From an uncultured Gemmatimonadales bacterium (GTDB lineage: Bacteria; Gemmatimonadota; Gemmatimonadetes; Longimicrobiales; RSA9): a stretch of DNA of 64,000 bases. The notes under the pieces are model-generated. The model was not told where the DNA came from. It saw only the letters and a list, made by a program, of their open reading frames with translations, and did no database searches. This document shows, one piece after another, positions 20,491 to 37,622 of the stretch (position 1 is the first letter of the stretch; the number at the start of each line of letters is the position of its first letter). The stretch covers positions 192,001-256,000 of the forward strand of contig CAWCRS010000009.1 of the NCBI GenBank assembly GCA_963798085.1, given 5' to 3'. Both the position numbers and the translations under genes were made by a program.

Positions 20491-21858
20491 GTGACAACCA
20501 GCCAGGCGCCCGCCAGAGCACACACGGGCAGCGTCGGCTTCCTCGAGGCCACGGCGCTGGGGATCGGCGGCATGGTTGGCGGCGGCATCTTCGCGGTGCT
20601 CGGACTCGCCGTGCAGCTGGCCGGCGGAGGCACACCACTGGCGTTTCTGCTGGGCGGCGGCGTCGCGCTGCTCACGGCGTACGCGTACAGCAGGCTCTCC
20701 GTGACCTTCCCCAGCCAGGGCGGCACGGTTTCCTTTCTCAACCTCGCCTTCGGCGATGGGCCGCTCACCGGTTCGCTCAATGTGCTGCTCTGGCTCAGCT
20801 ATATCATCATGTTAGCGCTATACGCATTCGCCTTCGGCAGCTACGGCGCCACCTTCTTCGCGCCGGCAGCGCGTGCGCTCTGGCAGCACATCCTGATGAG
20901 CGGCATCATCATTGCCATGGCCGCGCTCAACCTGCTGAGCACGCGCATCGTGGGCGACGTGGAAGACTGGGTGGTCGCCATCAAGCTCGTGATCCTGCTG
21001 CTCTTCGTCGGGGTGGGCATGGCCGGCGTGCAGGCGGCTCGCCTGTCACCTGCCAGCTGGGAATCACCATTCCGCCTGGCCGCCGGCGGCATGATCATCT
21101 TCGTCGCCTACGAGGGCTTCGAGCTGATTGCCAACATGGCGGCGGACGTGCGGGACGCACAGCGTACGCTGCCGCGCGCCTTCTTCACTTCCGTCGGCTT
21201 CGTCATTGCGCTCTACGTGCTGGTGGCCGCGGTGACGGTCGGCAATCTGCCCGTCGATCGTATCATTGCGGCGAAGGACTACGCGCTGGCTGCCGCCGCA
21301 CGTCCGTTCCTCGGGCCGGCAGGCTTCACGCTGATTGCCGTTGCCGCAATGCTGTCCACCGCGTCCGCCATCAACGCCACACTCTACGGTTCCGCCCGCC
21401 TGAGTTACATCATGGCGAAGGATGGGGAACTGCCCGCGCAGCTGGAGCGAAAAATCTGGAACCAGCCGGCGGAGGGCCTGCTCATCACGACCGCGCTGGC
21501 GCTGCTCGCCGCCAACCTGCTCGACCTGTCCAGCATTTCGACAATGGGCAGCGCGGGATTCCTGCTTCTCTTCGCGGCCGTCAACGTTGCGGGTGTGCGA
21601 CTCGCCGCACGCAGTGGTGCGCGGCCATGGATCGGCGTGCTCGGCGGCGGCGCCTGCCTGACGGCGCTCGCGGCGCTGTTGTGGCAGACCGCATCGACGC
21701 ATCCTTCCCGCCTCTGGATTCTCGCGCTCCTCGTCGCGCTGGCCGTGGTCGTGGAGTTCACGTACCGGGGCATCACGGGCCGCACCATGCGCGTCGCGCG
21801 CGGTCTCGTGCCTGCAGCCGCACCGCGGAGGAGCCCGGCGGACACGCCGTCGTCGTAG
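20491..21858 (+). CDS. APC family amino acid permease
   Basis: GIGGMVGGGIF, FVAYEGFE, about 12 hydrophobic segments. Confidence 0.9.
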   Translation: MTTSQAPARAHTGSVGFLEATALGIGGMVGGGIFAVLGLAVQLAGGGTPLAFLLGGGVALLTAYAYSRLSVTFPSQGGTVSFLNLAFGDGPLTGSLNVLLWLSYIIMLALYAFAFGSYGATFFAPAARALWQHILMSGIIIAMAALNLLSTRIVGDVEDWVVAIKLVILLLFVGVGMAGVQAARLSPASWESPFRLAAGGMIIFVAYEGFELIANMAADVRDAQRTLPRAFFTSVGFVIALYVLVAAVTVGNLPVDRIIAAKDYALAAAARPFLGPAGFTLIAVAAMLSTASAINATLYGSARLSYIMAKDGELPAQLERKIWNQPAEGLLITTALALLAANLLDLSSISTMGSAGFLLLFAAVNVAGVRLAARSGARPWIGVLGGGACLTALAALLWQTASTHPSRLWILALLVALAVVVEFTYRGITGRTMRVARGLVPAAAPRRSPADTPSS

Positions 21859-21941
21859 CGCGCACGCTGCCGCGGTTTCGCCTGCGGGCGTCTCTGCGTA
21901 CCATATTGCGATTCCGTGGATGATGATGATCGCTGAGTCGT

Positions 21942-24260
21942 GTGGTTGCGGCCTTCGCCGGCCTTTACACCATCGAGCGCGAGCTGGGGCGTGGTGGCAT
22001 GGCGACGGTGTACCTTGCGACCGATCAGAAGCACGACCGCCGAGTCGCCATCAAGGTGCTCGACCCCGAATTCGCCAGTGTCATTGGCCCGCAGCGCTTC
22101 GTTCAGGAAATCGAGATCGCGTCTCGCCTCACGCATCCACACATCCTGCCGCTCTACGCCTCGGGCAGCGCCGACGGGCTGCTGTACTACGTCATGCCGT
22201 ACGTGGATGGTGAGAGCCTGCGGGTCCGTCTCGAGCGGGAACGCAACCTGAGCCTGCAGGACGCTGTCGCGATTGTGCGCAGCGTGGCGAGTGCGCTGAC
22301 ACTCGCGCACCGCGAGGGTGTCATCCACCGCGACATCAAGCCCGAGAATATTCTGCTCGCGGAAGGCGAGGCGGTGGTGGCTGATTTCGGCATCGCGCGC
22401 GCCATCGGCGCTGCGGGGCCCGAGCGGATGACGGCGACCGGCCTCGTGATCGGCACGCCCGCCTACATGAGTCCGGAGCAGGTAGGCGGCGAGCGCGCGC
22501 TGGACGAGCGCAGCGACGTCTACAGTCTCGGTTGCGTTGCGTACGAGATGCTGGGCGGCCAGCCGCCATTCACGGGACCCAGCGCGCAAGCCGTGATGGC
22601 ACGGCACGTCGCCGACCCGGTGCCGCCGCTGCGCACGCTGCGTCCGGGAACGCCGCTCGGTGTCGAGCGCGCCATCGAGAAGGCGCTGGCGAAAGTGCCG
22701 GCGGATCGCTTCGCCACTGCGGACGCATTCGCGGCGGCGCTCGAACGTGCCAGCACTGATGTCGCGATCGAAGCGGAACGCGGCCGCGCAGGGCGGAATC
22801 GCCGGCGCTGGGCCGCCGCACTCGTCGCCGGCGCCACATTGATCACTGCGGCGACCTGGTGGTTCCTGCGCCTCGCCGCTGCGCCGGCCATCCAGCGTTT
22901 CGCGGTGCTGCCATTCGCCGCCACCGCTGTGGACACGCAGCAGGTGTACTTCGCGGAGGGCATCCACGACGGCCTGATCTCCGAGCTGGCGCGCGATGGC
23001 CTGGGCGTCATTGCGCGCACATCCGTGATGCAGTACCGGAACACGGACAAGCCCGTGCGTGTGATCGCGCAGGAGCTCGGCGTCGATGCCGTCGTCGAAG
23101 CCTCACTGACACGCACCGCGGACAGCGTGTCGATCGAAGCCGGGCTCGTCGATGGCCGCACCGAGCAGTACCTGTGGTCGCATGTGTACGCAGGCGGCGT
23201 GCGTCAGGTCCCCGTCTTGACGCGTGACATGGCGCTCGCCATTGCGCATGCGCTTCAGCCTCGTCGCGCGCCGTCCGCAACATTGCCTGCGCCAGTCGCG
23301 GAAGTCGATCCCGAGGCATACGATGCCTACCTGAAAGGGCAGTTCCATTTGCACCGGCCCGGTCGCGAGGAGCTGGAAACTGCACGGCAGTACTTCGAGC
23401 TGGCGCTGGCCCGCGACTCGACGTACGCGCCGGCATGGGCTGGCATCAGCAGTGTCTGGGGCATTGGCCGGCAGCGCGGCTACTTCTCGCCGCAGCAGGC
23501 CACGCCACTGTCGGACTCGGCGGCGTTCCGCTCGATCGCACTGGACAGCACACTGGCCGATCCGCACTACGCGTTAGCGGAAGGCGACATGTATGCGCGC
23601 TGGGACTGGCAGGGCGCGGATCGCGAATTCCGCCGCGCCAGCGCGCTTCGCCCCGATTATGCAGAAGTGCGGGCCTTCTACGCACACCTGCTCTGCGTGC
23701 TGGGCCGGCCGCGCGAAGCGATTCAGCAGATGGACCGCGCGCTGCAGCTGGACCCGTTCGATCCATTGCTGCAATGGCTGTACGGCGCCGTGCTCACGCT
23801 CGTGGGTCGCTACGACGATGCTGCCACACTCTACCGGCGCGCGCTGCAGAGTTCACCCGACAATCCCGCTCCGGCGTGGCTGCTCTGGGTGACGCTGCAT
23901 GTCGCCGGCCGCTTCGACCAGGCCTGGGTCGAAGCGCAGAACTGGGCCCGCGCAGACGGCAGTCCCGGCGTCGAGGAAGCCCTGCATTGCGGCTACCAAC
24001 AGGGCGGTTATGCAGGCGCCATGCGCGCGGTCGCCGACAACCAGGCCGAGCAGTCGAAGACACGCTACGTCGAGGCCTGGAGCATCGCCATTTGGTACGC
24101 CGCTGCCGGCGACAATGAGAGGACCATCGAGTGGCTGGAGCGCGCCTTCACGGAGCACGATCCCACCATGCCCTATCTGGCCGTGCACCCTGCGTTCAAG
24201 CACGTGCACGGCGACCCGCGCTTCCAGGATCTGCTGCGCCGCATGAACCTCCCGGGCTGA
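21942..24260 (+). CDS. Ser/Thr protein kinase with TM helix, TolB-N-like domain and TPR repeats
   Basis: [39 protein letters not shown]...; TPR C-terminus ending [14 protein letters not shown]. True start may be slightly upstream. Confidence 0.92.
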   Translation: MVAAFAGLYTIERELGRGGMATVYLATDQKHDRRVAIKVLDPEFASVIGPQRFVQEIEIASRLTHPHILPLYASGSADGLLYYVMPYVDGESLRVRLERERNLSLQDAVAIVRSVASALTLAHREGVIHRDIKPENILLAEGEAVVADFGIARAIGAAGPERMTATGLVIGTPAYMSPEQVGGERALDERSDVYSLGCVAYEMLGGQPPFTGPSAQAVMARHVADPVPPLRTLRPGTPLGVERAIEKALAKVPADRFATADAFAAALERASTDVAIEAERGRAGRNRRRWAAALVAGATLITAATWWFLRLAAAPAIQRFAVLPFAATAVDTQQVYFAEGIHDGLISELARDGLGVIARTSVMQYRNTDKPVRVIAQELGVDAVVEASLTRTADSVSIEAGLVDGRTEQYLWSHVYAGGVRQVPVLTRDMALAIAHALQPRRAPSATLPAPVAEVDPEAYDAYLKGQFHLHRPGREELETARQYFELALARDSTYAPAWAGISSVWGIGRQRGYFSPQQATPLSDSAAFRSIALDSTLADPHYALAEGDMYARWDWQGADREFRRASALRPDYAEVRAFYAHLLCVLGRPREAIQQMDRALQLDPFDPLLQWLYGAVLTLVGRYDDAATLYRRALQSSPDNPAPAWLLWVTLHVAGRFDQAWVEAQNWARADGSPGVEEALHCGYQQGGYAGAMRAVADNQAEQSKTRYVEAWSIAIWYAAAGDNERTIEWLERAFTEHDPTMPYLAVHPAFKHVHGDPRFQDLLRRMNLPG

Positions 24261-24343
24261 GCGGACCTCGCCCGCACTGGACGCCGACACGCTGTCGCTG
24301 TACAGTGCCCGTATCGCATCGGCTTCCGCGCGGGAGAGTACCC

Positions 24344-24802
24344 ATGGCTACCTACGCCCTCCGCATCAACGGCCGCACGCAGCAGGTCGACGTCGAGCCG
24401 GATACGCCGCTCCTCTGGGTCGTGCGTGATGCACTCGGCCTCACTGGCACCAAGTACGGCTGCGGCATTGGCCAGTGCGGCGCGTGTACCGTGCACATCG
24501 ATGGCCAGCCCGTGCGCTCCTGCCGCACGGCCGTCTCGACGGTGGGCAACAAGGCGATCACCACGATCGAAGGCCTCTCCGCGGACGCCAGCCATCCGAT
24601 CCAGAAAGCATGGATCGCGGAGGAAGTGCCGCAGTGCGGCTACTGCCAGTCGGGCCAGATCATGGCGGCGGCCGCACTGCTCGCGTCCAACAGGAGTCCC
24701 TCGGACGCCGAGATCGACACTGCCATGAACCGCAACATCTGCCGCTGCGGCACCTACGATCGCATCCGGCGCGCCATCCATCGCGCAGCGAAGGAGGGCT
24801 GA
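24344..24802 (+). CDS. (2Fe-2S)-binding subunit, IorA-like
   Basis: [32 protein letters not shown]. Confidence 0.93.
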   Translation: MATYALRINGRTQQVDVEPDTPLLWVVRDALGLTGTKYGCGIGQCGACTVHIDGQPVRSCRTAVSTVGNKAITTIEGLSADASHPIQKAWIAEEVPQCGYCQSGQIMAAAALLASNRSPSDAEIDTAMNRNICRCGTYDRIRRAIHRAAKEG

Positions 24803-24804
24803 CC

Positions 24805-26939
24805 ATGAGCCGCAATACCAGCATGGACCGCCGCGACTTCATCCGGCTGGGCACGCTCGCGGGCAGCGGCCTGCTGCTCGGCGTCTACGTTCCGGGCGGC
24901 ACCCGCCGCTGGCTGGGCGACGACGCCACCGCCGCCACCTCGCTCCAGCCTAACGCCTTCGTACAGGTCGACACGGACGGCACCGTGACCATCTGGTCGG
25001 CACGCTCCGACATGGGGCAGGGCGTACGCACCGCCATGCCCATGATCGTGGCCGATGAGCTGGATGCGGACTGGAGCACCGTGCACATCCGCCAGGCCGA
25101 TGCGCACCCCACGCAGTACGGCCGCATGATGACGGTGGGCAGCTCGAGCGTGCGCGGCAACGCCTGGATGGCGCTGCGCCAGGCCGGGCGCCACCGCGCG
25201 CCAGATGCTGGTCGCCGCCGCAGCCGCGCGCTGGGGTGTGAGTGCGGCCGAGTGCCGCACCGATAACAGTCGTGTTATCCACGACGCCTCGCACCGCTCG
25301 CTCGGCTACGGCGAAGTCGCAGCAGCGGCCGCCGCACTGCCCGTACCTGCAGAGCCTCGCCTCAAGGACCCGAAGGACTTCAAGCTCATCGGCAAACGCG
25401 TGCCGCTGGTCGACACGAAAGAGAAAGTCAGCGGGCAGGCGAAGTACGGCATCGACGCGCGCACACCGGGCATGCTGTTCGCCACGGTCGTGCATCCGCC
25501 CGTCTTCGGCGACACCGTGAAGTCCTTCGACGCCAGCGCCGCGAAGGCAGTGCGCGGCGTGCGCCATGTCGTCCAGATCTCACAGGGCGTGGCCGTTGTC
25601 GGCGATAACACCTGGGCCGCGCTCAAGGGCGCGAAGGCGCTGACTGTCGAGTGGCAGAGCGGCGGCTTCGCCATGAGCAGTGACGACATTTTCGCCAGCC
25701 TGGCGCAGCTCGCGCAGAAGCCCGGCGCCGAAGCCCACAAGTCGGGCGATGCCGATGCCGGTCTCGCGCGCGCCGCTCACAAGGTCGACGCCGTCTACAA
25801 GGCGCCGTACCTGGCGCACGCGACGATGGAGCCGATGAACTGCACCGCCGATGTGCGCGCCGGATCACTGCGAGATCTGGGCGCCCACGCAGAATCCGCA
25901 GGGCACCCAGAGCGCGGCCGCGCAGATCACGGGCCTGCCTGTCGAGAAGGTCACGGTGCACGTGCCGTACCTGGGCTGCGGCTGGGGCCGCCGTTCGCGC
26001 ACCGACTTCGTGCAGGACGCGGTGGAAGTGTCGAAGCAGATCGGCGCGCCGGTGCAGGTGCTCTGGACGCGCGAAGAGGATATGCGACACGACCAGTACC
26101 GTCCCGCCGCCCACGTCGAGTTCCACGGTGGCGTCGATGCCGCCGGCAGGGTCAGCGCACTGCGCGCCCGCATTGCCACGCCGCCCATCGCAGGCGGCCG
26201 CGGCCGCGTGGACGGCCCCGCCGTCGATGCCATTGCTAACACGCCGTATGCAATCCCGGACCTGGCCGTCGAGTACTGCCAGCCGGACATTGACGTGCCC
26301 GTCGGCTACTGGCGCTCCGTGGGACCGTCGCAGAACGCGTTCTTCCTCGAGAGCTTCATGGATGAGCTGGCCCACGCCGCCAACCGTGATCCGCTCGACG
26401 TGCGACTCGAGCTGCTCGCCAATGCGCCCCGCCTGCGCAACGTGCTGCAGCTGGCGGCCCAGCGAGCGGACTGGAAGACGCCGCCGCCCGCCGGTCACGC
26501 CCGCGGCATCGGCCTGGCCGAGCTGGATGGCTCCCATGTCGCGGAGATCGCAGAAGTCTCGCTGCAGAACGGCCGCGTGCGCGTGCACAAGGTCTGGTGC
26601 GTCGCCGACTGCGGCCGCGTCATGCACCCGGGCATCGTCGAAGCCCAGCTCATGGGTTCCATCATCGGTGGCCTGACCGCCGCGCTCTACGGCGAGATCA
26701 CCATTGAGAAGGGCGCCGCCAAGCAGGGCAACTTCAACGACTACCGCATGGTGCGCATCAGCGAAGCGCCGGAGTACGACATTCACATCGTGGCCAGCGA
26801 CGAGGAGCCGGGCGGCGCGGGAGAGCCGGGCGTGCCCCAGATCGCACCGGCCGTGGCTAACGCGCTGTTCAAGCTCACCGGCACGCGCATCCGGCAGCTG
26901 CCCATCAGTCAGCAGGCGCTGGCCTCGACACAGCAGTAG
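24805..26939 (+). CDS. Molybdopterin-binding subunit, IorB-like, Tat signal, frameshifts near 25188 and 25862
   Basis: DRRDFIR Tat motif; [35 protein letters not shown]. Confidence 0.88.
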
Positions 26940-27014
26940 CGCGCTACTTGTTGCCGAAGGCTTTCGCCGGCACGCTGCGCAGGTGCAGCCTGGGCGCGTG
27001 CACCCCGGCGTCCG

Positions 27015-27788
27015 TCATGCCTGCGTACTCTCGCCGCCCAGCAGCTGGCGCACCGCATCCTGGTAGTGTCGGCCCGTATGGACGCGCGTGCCATCCGCCA
27101 GAATCACGATGTACTCGCCACGGAACCAGCGCTGCATTTCACGGATGCGTGTACGATTCACGATCGTCGAGCGATGAATGCGCAGGAAGCGCGTGGGATT
27201 CAGACGCTGCTGGAGGCTGCCCAGCGTCTCGCGCGTCGTGATGACGTTCTTGCCGACATGCAGCCGCGATTCCTTGCCGTTCGCTTCGATCCAGTCGATC
27301 TGCCGCTGCTCGACGAACAGGTGCCGGCCATCCACCTTCACGACGATCTGGCCACCGTCCACGCCGCGCAGGTCGAGCAGCGCATTCCACCAGAGCGGCG
27401 GCTCGGCCGCCCTGGCCTTGCCCAGCCGCTCGACGGCGCGCTGCACCGCCTGACCGAGCCGCTCCTCGTCGAACGGCTTGAGCAGATAGTCGCAGGCATT
27501 CACCTCGAACGCGCGCAGTGCGTACTGATCGTACGCTGTCACGAAGATCACGAGCGGCGGCGGCGCGCCGCTCATCGCTTCAATGATGTCGAAGCCGTTG
27601 AGCGTGGGGATCTGTACATCGAGGAAGATCAGATCCGGATGCTCACGACGGATCAGCTCCAGCGCGGCTTCGCCATCGGCAGCTTCTCCGACCACATCGA
27701 TGACCGGCCACACGCGCAGCATCGAGCGCAGCAGCCGGCGCGCCGGCTCTTCATCATCCACTACCACGCAGCGCAGCACGCCGCTCAT
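27015..27788 (-). CDS. LytTR family response regulator
   Basis: VVDDE, FLDVQ, FVTAYD, DYLLKPF; C-terminal FLRIHRSTIVN. Confidence 0.93.
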   Translation of the reverse strand: MSGVLRCVVVDDEEPARRLLRSMLRVWPVIDVVGEAADGEAALELIRREHPDLIFLDVQIPTLNGFDIIEAMSGAPPPLVIFVTAYDQYALRAFEVNACDYLLKPFDEERLGQAVQRAVERLGKARAAEPPLWWNALLDLRGVDGGQIVVKVDGRHLFVEQRQIDWIEANGKESRLHVGKNVITTRETLGSLQQRLNPTRFLRIHRSTIVNRTRIREMQRWFRGEYIVILADGTRVHTGRHYQDAVRQLLGGESTQA

Positions 27789-28930
27789 GCTGTGGCTCCC
27801 GGGCGCTCGGCCGCACCCATGCGCAGCGGAATGCTCAGCTGCACGCGATACCCGCCGGCCAGCGGTGCGGCTTGGAACGTGTGCGCATCGGGATAGAGCT
27901 GCTCCAGCCGGCGCGCCACATTGTCCAGACCAATGCCTCTCCCCGGAACGGCCGCCGCCGCCGCCATCGCATCACCCGATGCACCAGTCCAGTTCGTCAC
28001 GCTGATGACAATGCGCCCGTTCTCGGGCCGCGCGGCAATCTCGATGCGGCCGGGCGACGGATGCGGCTCGATGCCGTGCTTCACCGCATTCTCGATCAGC
28101 GGCTGCAGCACCAGGCTGGGCACGAGCGCGGCTTCGAGCGCCTCGGGCACGGCGTACTGCACGGTCAACCGGTCATGGAAGCGCGCCAGCTGGATGTCGA
28201 GATAGCGACGCGCGAAGCTCAGCTCCTCGCGCAACTCGATCTCGTGTTCGCCCGCATGATCGATCGACATGCGCAGCAGATCGCCCAGCAATGCAAGCAC
28301 ACGGCGGGCCGCCAGCACGTCGCTCTCCATCAGAGCCGACACGGTGTGCAGCGTGTTGAAGAAGAAATGCGGCTGCAGCTGCGCGCGCAGGATCTGCAGT
28401 TCCGCATGCGCCAGCCTCGCCTCCAGCTGCGCCTGCCGCACCCGCCTCGCCTGCAGGTCGCGCGCGAACACGATCGCAAGGCACGCCATGGCGATCGCCG
28501 CGAACGTGAAGAGATTGAGCAGCGTGCCGCTCGAGAGACGCACGCGGAACTGCTGCCCCGGGCTCAGCGCGCGGAGACCCGGAGCGAACTGCTGGTAGTG
28601 CAGAAGGCTCGCCACGCCGCTGGCGATCACGGCCTGCACCAGCACGCAGACCGCCGCCGATAACAGCCAGACCAGTACGCCGAGTGTGGCCGGCGCGGTG
28701 CGCGTGCGCTGCACCATGGCGTAGATCCCGGGCGCGAGCACGGTCCACCCGGCCCAGTACGTCAGGTTGTTCTTCGCCATGTCCGTCCACGTGATCTCGA
28801 TCGCGCGCGGACCCGCGTTGCCCGCCTGGATGGCCTTTTCCAGCACCGTGAACACCGCGGCGATCACGAGCCAGGCGAGCAGACCGGCGCCGAGAATACC
28901 GAACACACGCGCGGGACCGGTCCGCTTCAT
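27785..28930 (-). CDS. LytS/YehU-type sensor histidine kinase
   Basis: N-terminal TM helices; AQLQPHFFFNTL, LQPLIENAVKHG, GIGLDNV. Confidence 0.92.
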   Translation of the reverse strand: MKRTGPARVFGILGAGLLAWLVIAAVFTVLEKAIQAGNAGPRAIEITWTDMAKNNLTYWAGWTVLAPGIYAMVQRTRTAPATLGVLVWLLSAAVCVLVQAVIASGVASLLHYQQFAPGLRALSPGQQFRVRLSSGTLLNLFTFAAIAMACLAIVFARDLQARRVRQAQLEARLAHAELQILRAQLQPHFFFNTLHTVSALMESDVLAARRVLALLGDLLRMSIDHAGEHEIELREELSFARRYLDIQLARFHDRLTVQYAVPEALEAALVPSLVLQPLIENAVKHGIEPHPSPGRIEIAARPENGRIVISVTNWTGASGDAMAAAAAVPGRGIGLDNVARRLEQLYPDAHTFQAAPLAGGYRVQLSIPLRMGAAERPGATA

Positions 28931-29038
28931 TGCACCGGTCCCGCGCGGTTCGCGTGCAGCCCCGGATTGCAGGCAGCGATAGCGTGCGTGTTCTCGATCC
29001 CTCTCAGTCGCGCCTCCCGGATATCATGCCGCAACGGC

Positions 29039-29800
29039 TCATTTCGACGCCACCTGCTGATCCAGTGTCATGGTCGAGCCATCCGGCCGGTTGATCACCC
29101 AGCGCACCAGGCTGGGCGGGCCATCGATCAGCCACATGGTGCCCCTCACGGTGCCATCCATTCCCAGATCCCGCAGCAGCCAGGCCTGCTTGTGAGTGGT
29201 GCCCAGTACTTCGACATCCTCCCGCCGCACGAACTGGAATAGCCGCGTCTCCAGCGTGGGCGGATTCGCCGGCCGGATCGTCGGTACACGATACACCACG
29301 CCCGTCCGCCGCGGCAGCGACTCCACGACGAGATCGATGAGCGGGCCGAAGAAGGCCGGCTGCGGCAGCGTTGCATCGATGCCGACCGCCTGGCCGCCCG
29401 GCTGCGGCATGGTTCCCCTGATGCTCGCGCCATCCACGTCGAGCGTCGGAGCCGGACCCGGCGTTGCGCCGGTGGGCCGCACGCTCAGCAGCGCCAGGGT
29501 GCGGCGGTTGAACGTGTACTCGGCACCCGGCGGGTTGCCTTCCATCTCCGAGGTGACATGCAGCAGCGGTTTGCCGGCCGTATCCGTGAAGACAAAGCGC
29601 CAGATCACGACCGGCGACTGTCTGCCCGGCATCGATTGGACGGCGCGCGACGCCGACTGCGTGTGCTTGCTGAAATCGACGTACTTCGAGCCGACCGGTA
29701 CATCGACCGTGTCCACCCGCGCCGGCCGGGCCTGTTGCGCCACCAGTGGCGCCGCACTCAGGAGCAGCGCCATGGCGAGACTGTAGGGCCGTGTTAGCAT
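29039..29800 (-). CDS. Exported hypothetical protein
   Basis: Signal peptide (LAMALLLSAAPLVAQQ), GGGAG RBS, coding-like composition. Confidence 0.75.
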   Translation of the reverse strand: MLTRPYSLAMALLLSAAPLVAQQARPARVDTVDVPVGSKYVDFSKHTQSASRAVQSMPGRQSPVVIWRFVFTDTAGKPLLHVTSEMEGNPPGAEYTFNRRTLALLSVRPTGATPGPAPTLDVDGASIRGTMPQPGGQAVGIDATLPQPAFFGPLIDLVVESLPRRTGVVYRVPTIRPANPPTLETRLFQFVRREDVEVLGTTHKQAWLLRDLGMDGTVRGTMWLIDGPPSLVRWVINRPDGSTMTLDQQVASK

Positions 29801-29860
29801 GCGATCACTCCCGTGTGATGTGTAAAGGAGACTCCTGTCGGGTCAGGTCGATCCCACGGT

Positions 29861-29920
29861 GGCACGAGTGAGCGCGAGGTCGCTACGAAAACGGCACGAG
29901 AGGAGCACGGCAGGGCACGA
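29861..29920. promoter_or_regulatory. Six phased direct repeats (GGCACGA-like), candidate LytTR binding array
   Basis: ggcacga 29861, agcgcga 29871, gctacga 29882, ggcacga 29893, agcacgg 29904, ggcacga 29914; spacing 10-11 bp. Confidence 0.55.
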
Positions 29921-30265
29921 AAACGCCCGGCCGGGGTGCGGGCGCGTGCCGGTGTATGGCGGTCTGCGGAGCTACGAAGTGCGCGGCGGCGTCAAATTTC
30001 AAGCCCGGTCTTCATGGTTGTGCGCGCCGCGGCAGATCTCCGGCCTGAATTGCGTGCGTTGGGCCGGCAGATCCAACGCGCGCGTCTGGCGTCTGATCCC
30101 CGATGCGCGCGCGCGGGTCAGTCGTCCGATGAAGCATCCCGGTGGCGGGTCGCGCAGTCGACCAGAATACCGGCTTCAAGCCGGCGACACACTCCGCTGC
30201 AGTGGGAGTGGGAAGCCTTCGTTGGCCAGGCGCCGCTGCCCAATCCGACCGCGCCGGCCCGCGCA

Positions 30266-30826
30266 TCAGCGATTCGTACGCGGCATCGCCGACGGCGGTA
30301 CCATGCCCAGCAACCGCATATAACTCGCCACCTGGGCGTAGTGCTCGGCGAGGTCCGTGACGAACGCGAGCAGATACGCCGAGCGCACCACGGTACGCCC
30401 GGATCCGCCGGTGGGCAGCGCATCGTTCAGTTTCGAGTCATCCACATTGGCCAGCGCACGGTCGCAGAACGCGAGTGACGCCTTGAGCCGCACCACCAGC
30501 GTGTCCTTCGGCCACTGCGCCTTCACGGTATCCGGCAGTGCGTCGCGCTCGCTCTTCGTCCGCTGCAGCCCGCCGATCGGCTCGCACAGCTGGTAGTTGG
30601 CATCCTCCAGATGTTGCGCAATGTATCCGACCGACTGCTGCACCGGTGTCGGCTTGAACCCGTACTTCGCGGCCGGAATCGAGTCGAACGCGGCCGCCAG
30701 CCAGCCGCCGTAGCGGCCCGCGAAGGACCGGAACGACATCGACGTCGCATTCGGCGTCGACTGCTGCGCCGCCAGACCCACCGGAAAGACCGCGACCGCC
30801 AGGCCGATCGCACAGATGCGCCTCAT
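30266..30826 (-). CDS. Exported DinB-like protein
   Basis: Signal peptide; YGFKPTP..QSVGYIAQH...EHYAQVASYMRLLGMVPPS. Confidence 0.85.
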   Translation of the reverse strand: MRRICAIGLAVAVFPVGLAAQQSTPNATSMSFRSFAGRYGGWLAAAFDSIPAAKYGFKPTPVQQSVGYIAQHLEDANYQLCEPIGGLQRTKSERDALPDTVKAQWPKDTLVVRLKASLAFCDRALANVDDSKLNDALPTGGSGRTVVRSAYLLAFVTDLAEHYAQVASYMRLLGMVPPSAMPRTNR

Positions 30827-31137
30827 GCACGCCTCCAGAGACTGCAGATCCGTCGCTGCTGCGAGCGAAACCTTCGCTCGACCGCGTCAACCTCTCCCGC
30901 ATTCGCATTCCCTGTCAATCGCGGTTCCAGCCGACTGCACCCGAAAACAGGCTGTTCGCCAATCCCCTGCCGCGTCGCAGGATCGGTCCCCACAAGCCAC
31001 GTGCCCCACCTTCGGCCCCACGAAAAGAACGTGGTTTCCCAGCCCCGGTCCGAGCCCCAGCAACGCCTCTTGCGCCGCCCGCCACGATGCGCCACAATGC
31101 TCACTCCATTAGATCGGTATAGGGAAGAAGAAACGAC

Positions 31138-31493
31138 GTGTTCTCGAAAGACGCCGCACTGCTCCAGGGCACCGTCGAGCTGCTCGTGCTCAAGCGCCTG
31201 TCATGGGGGCCCATGCACGGCTACGGCATTGCCAGCTGGATCGAGACCGCGACCGATGATGCGCTCCGCGTCGAGGAAGGCTCGCTCTATCCCGCGCTCT
31301 ATCGCATGACGCGCAAGGGCTGGATCAAGGGCGAGTGGGGCGTCTCGGACAACAACCGGCGCGCGAAGTTCTATCGGCTGACCAGAGCGGGGCGGCGTCA
31401 GTTCGAGGAGCAGGCGACCGGCTGGCGCCGGCTGACGGAGGCCGTCAACCGCGCCGTCACGTCCACCGATCTGCCCGACGGAGCGCGTGTCTG

Positions 31494-31494
<1 letters not shown>
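31138..31494 (+). CDS. PadR family regulator (acidobacterial type)
   Basis: LLQGTVELLVLK..MHGYGI..EEGSLYPALYR..NNRRAKFYRLT. Confidence 0.93.
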
Positions 31495-35508
<4,014 letters not shown>

Positions 35509-35521
35509 TTCCGGAGACTGC

Positions 35522-37454
<1,933 letters not shown>

Positions 37455-37622
37455 CCACGAAACTAGCTTGCCCGCCTCGCGCCGGTCAATGATTCAGCCC
37501 TCGCCGGCGGCAGCGCGTGTCCATTCCGGCAGGCATGGGCCGCACGCCCGCCGCCATCCGCTGCAACGGCTTGCGCGCCGACGCCGTCACACAAGCAACG
37601 ACACCCGTGAGCGAGGCGAAGC

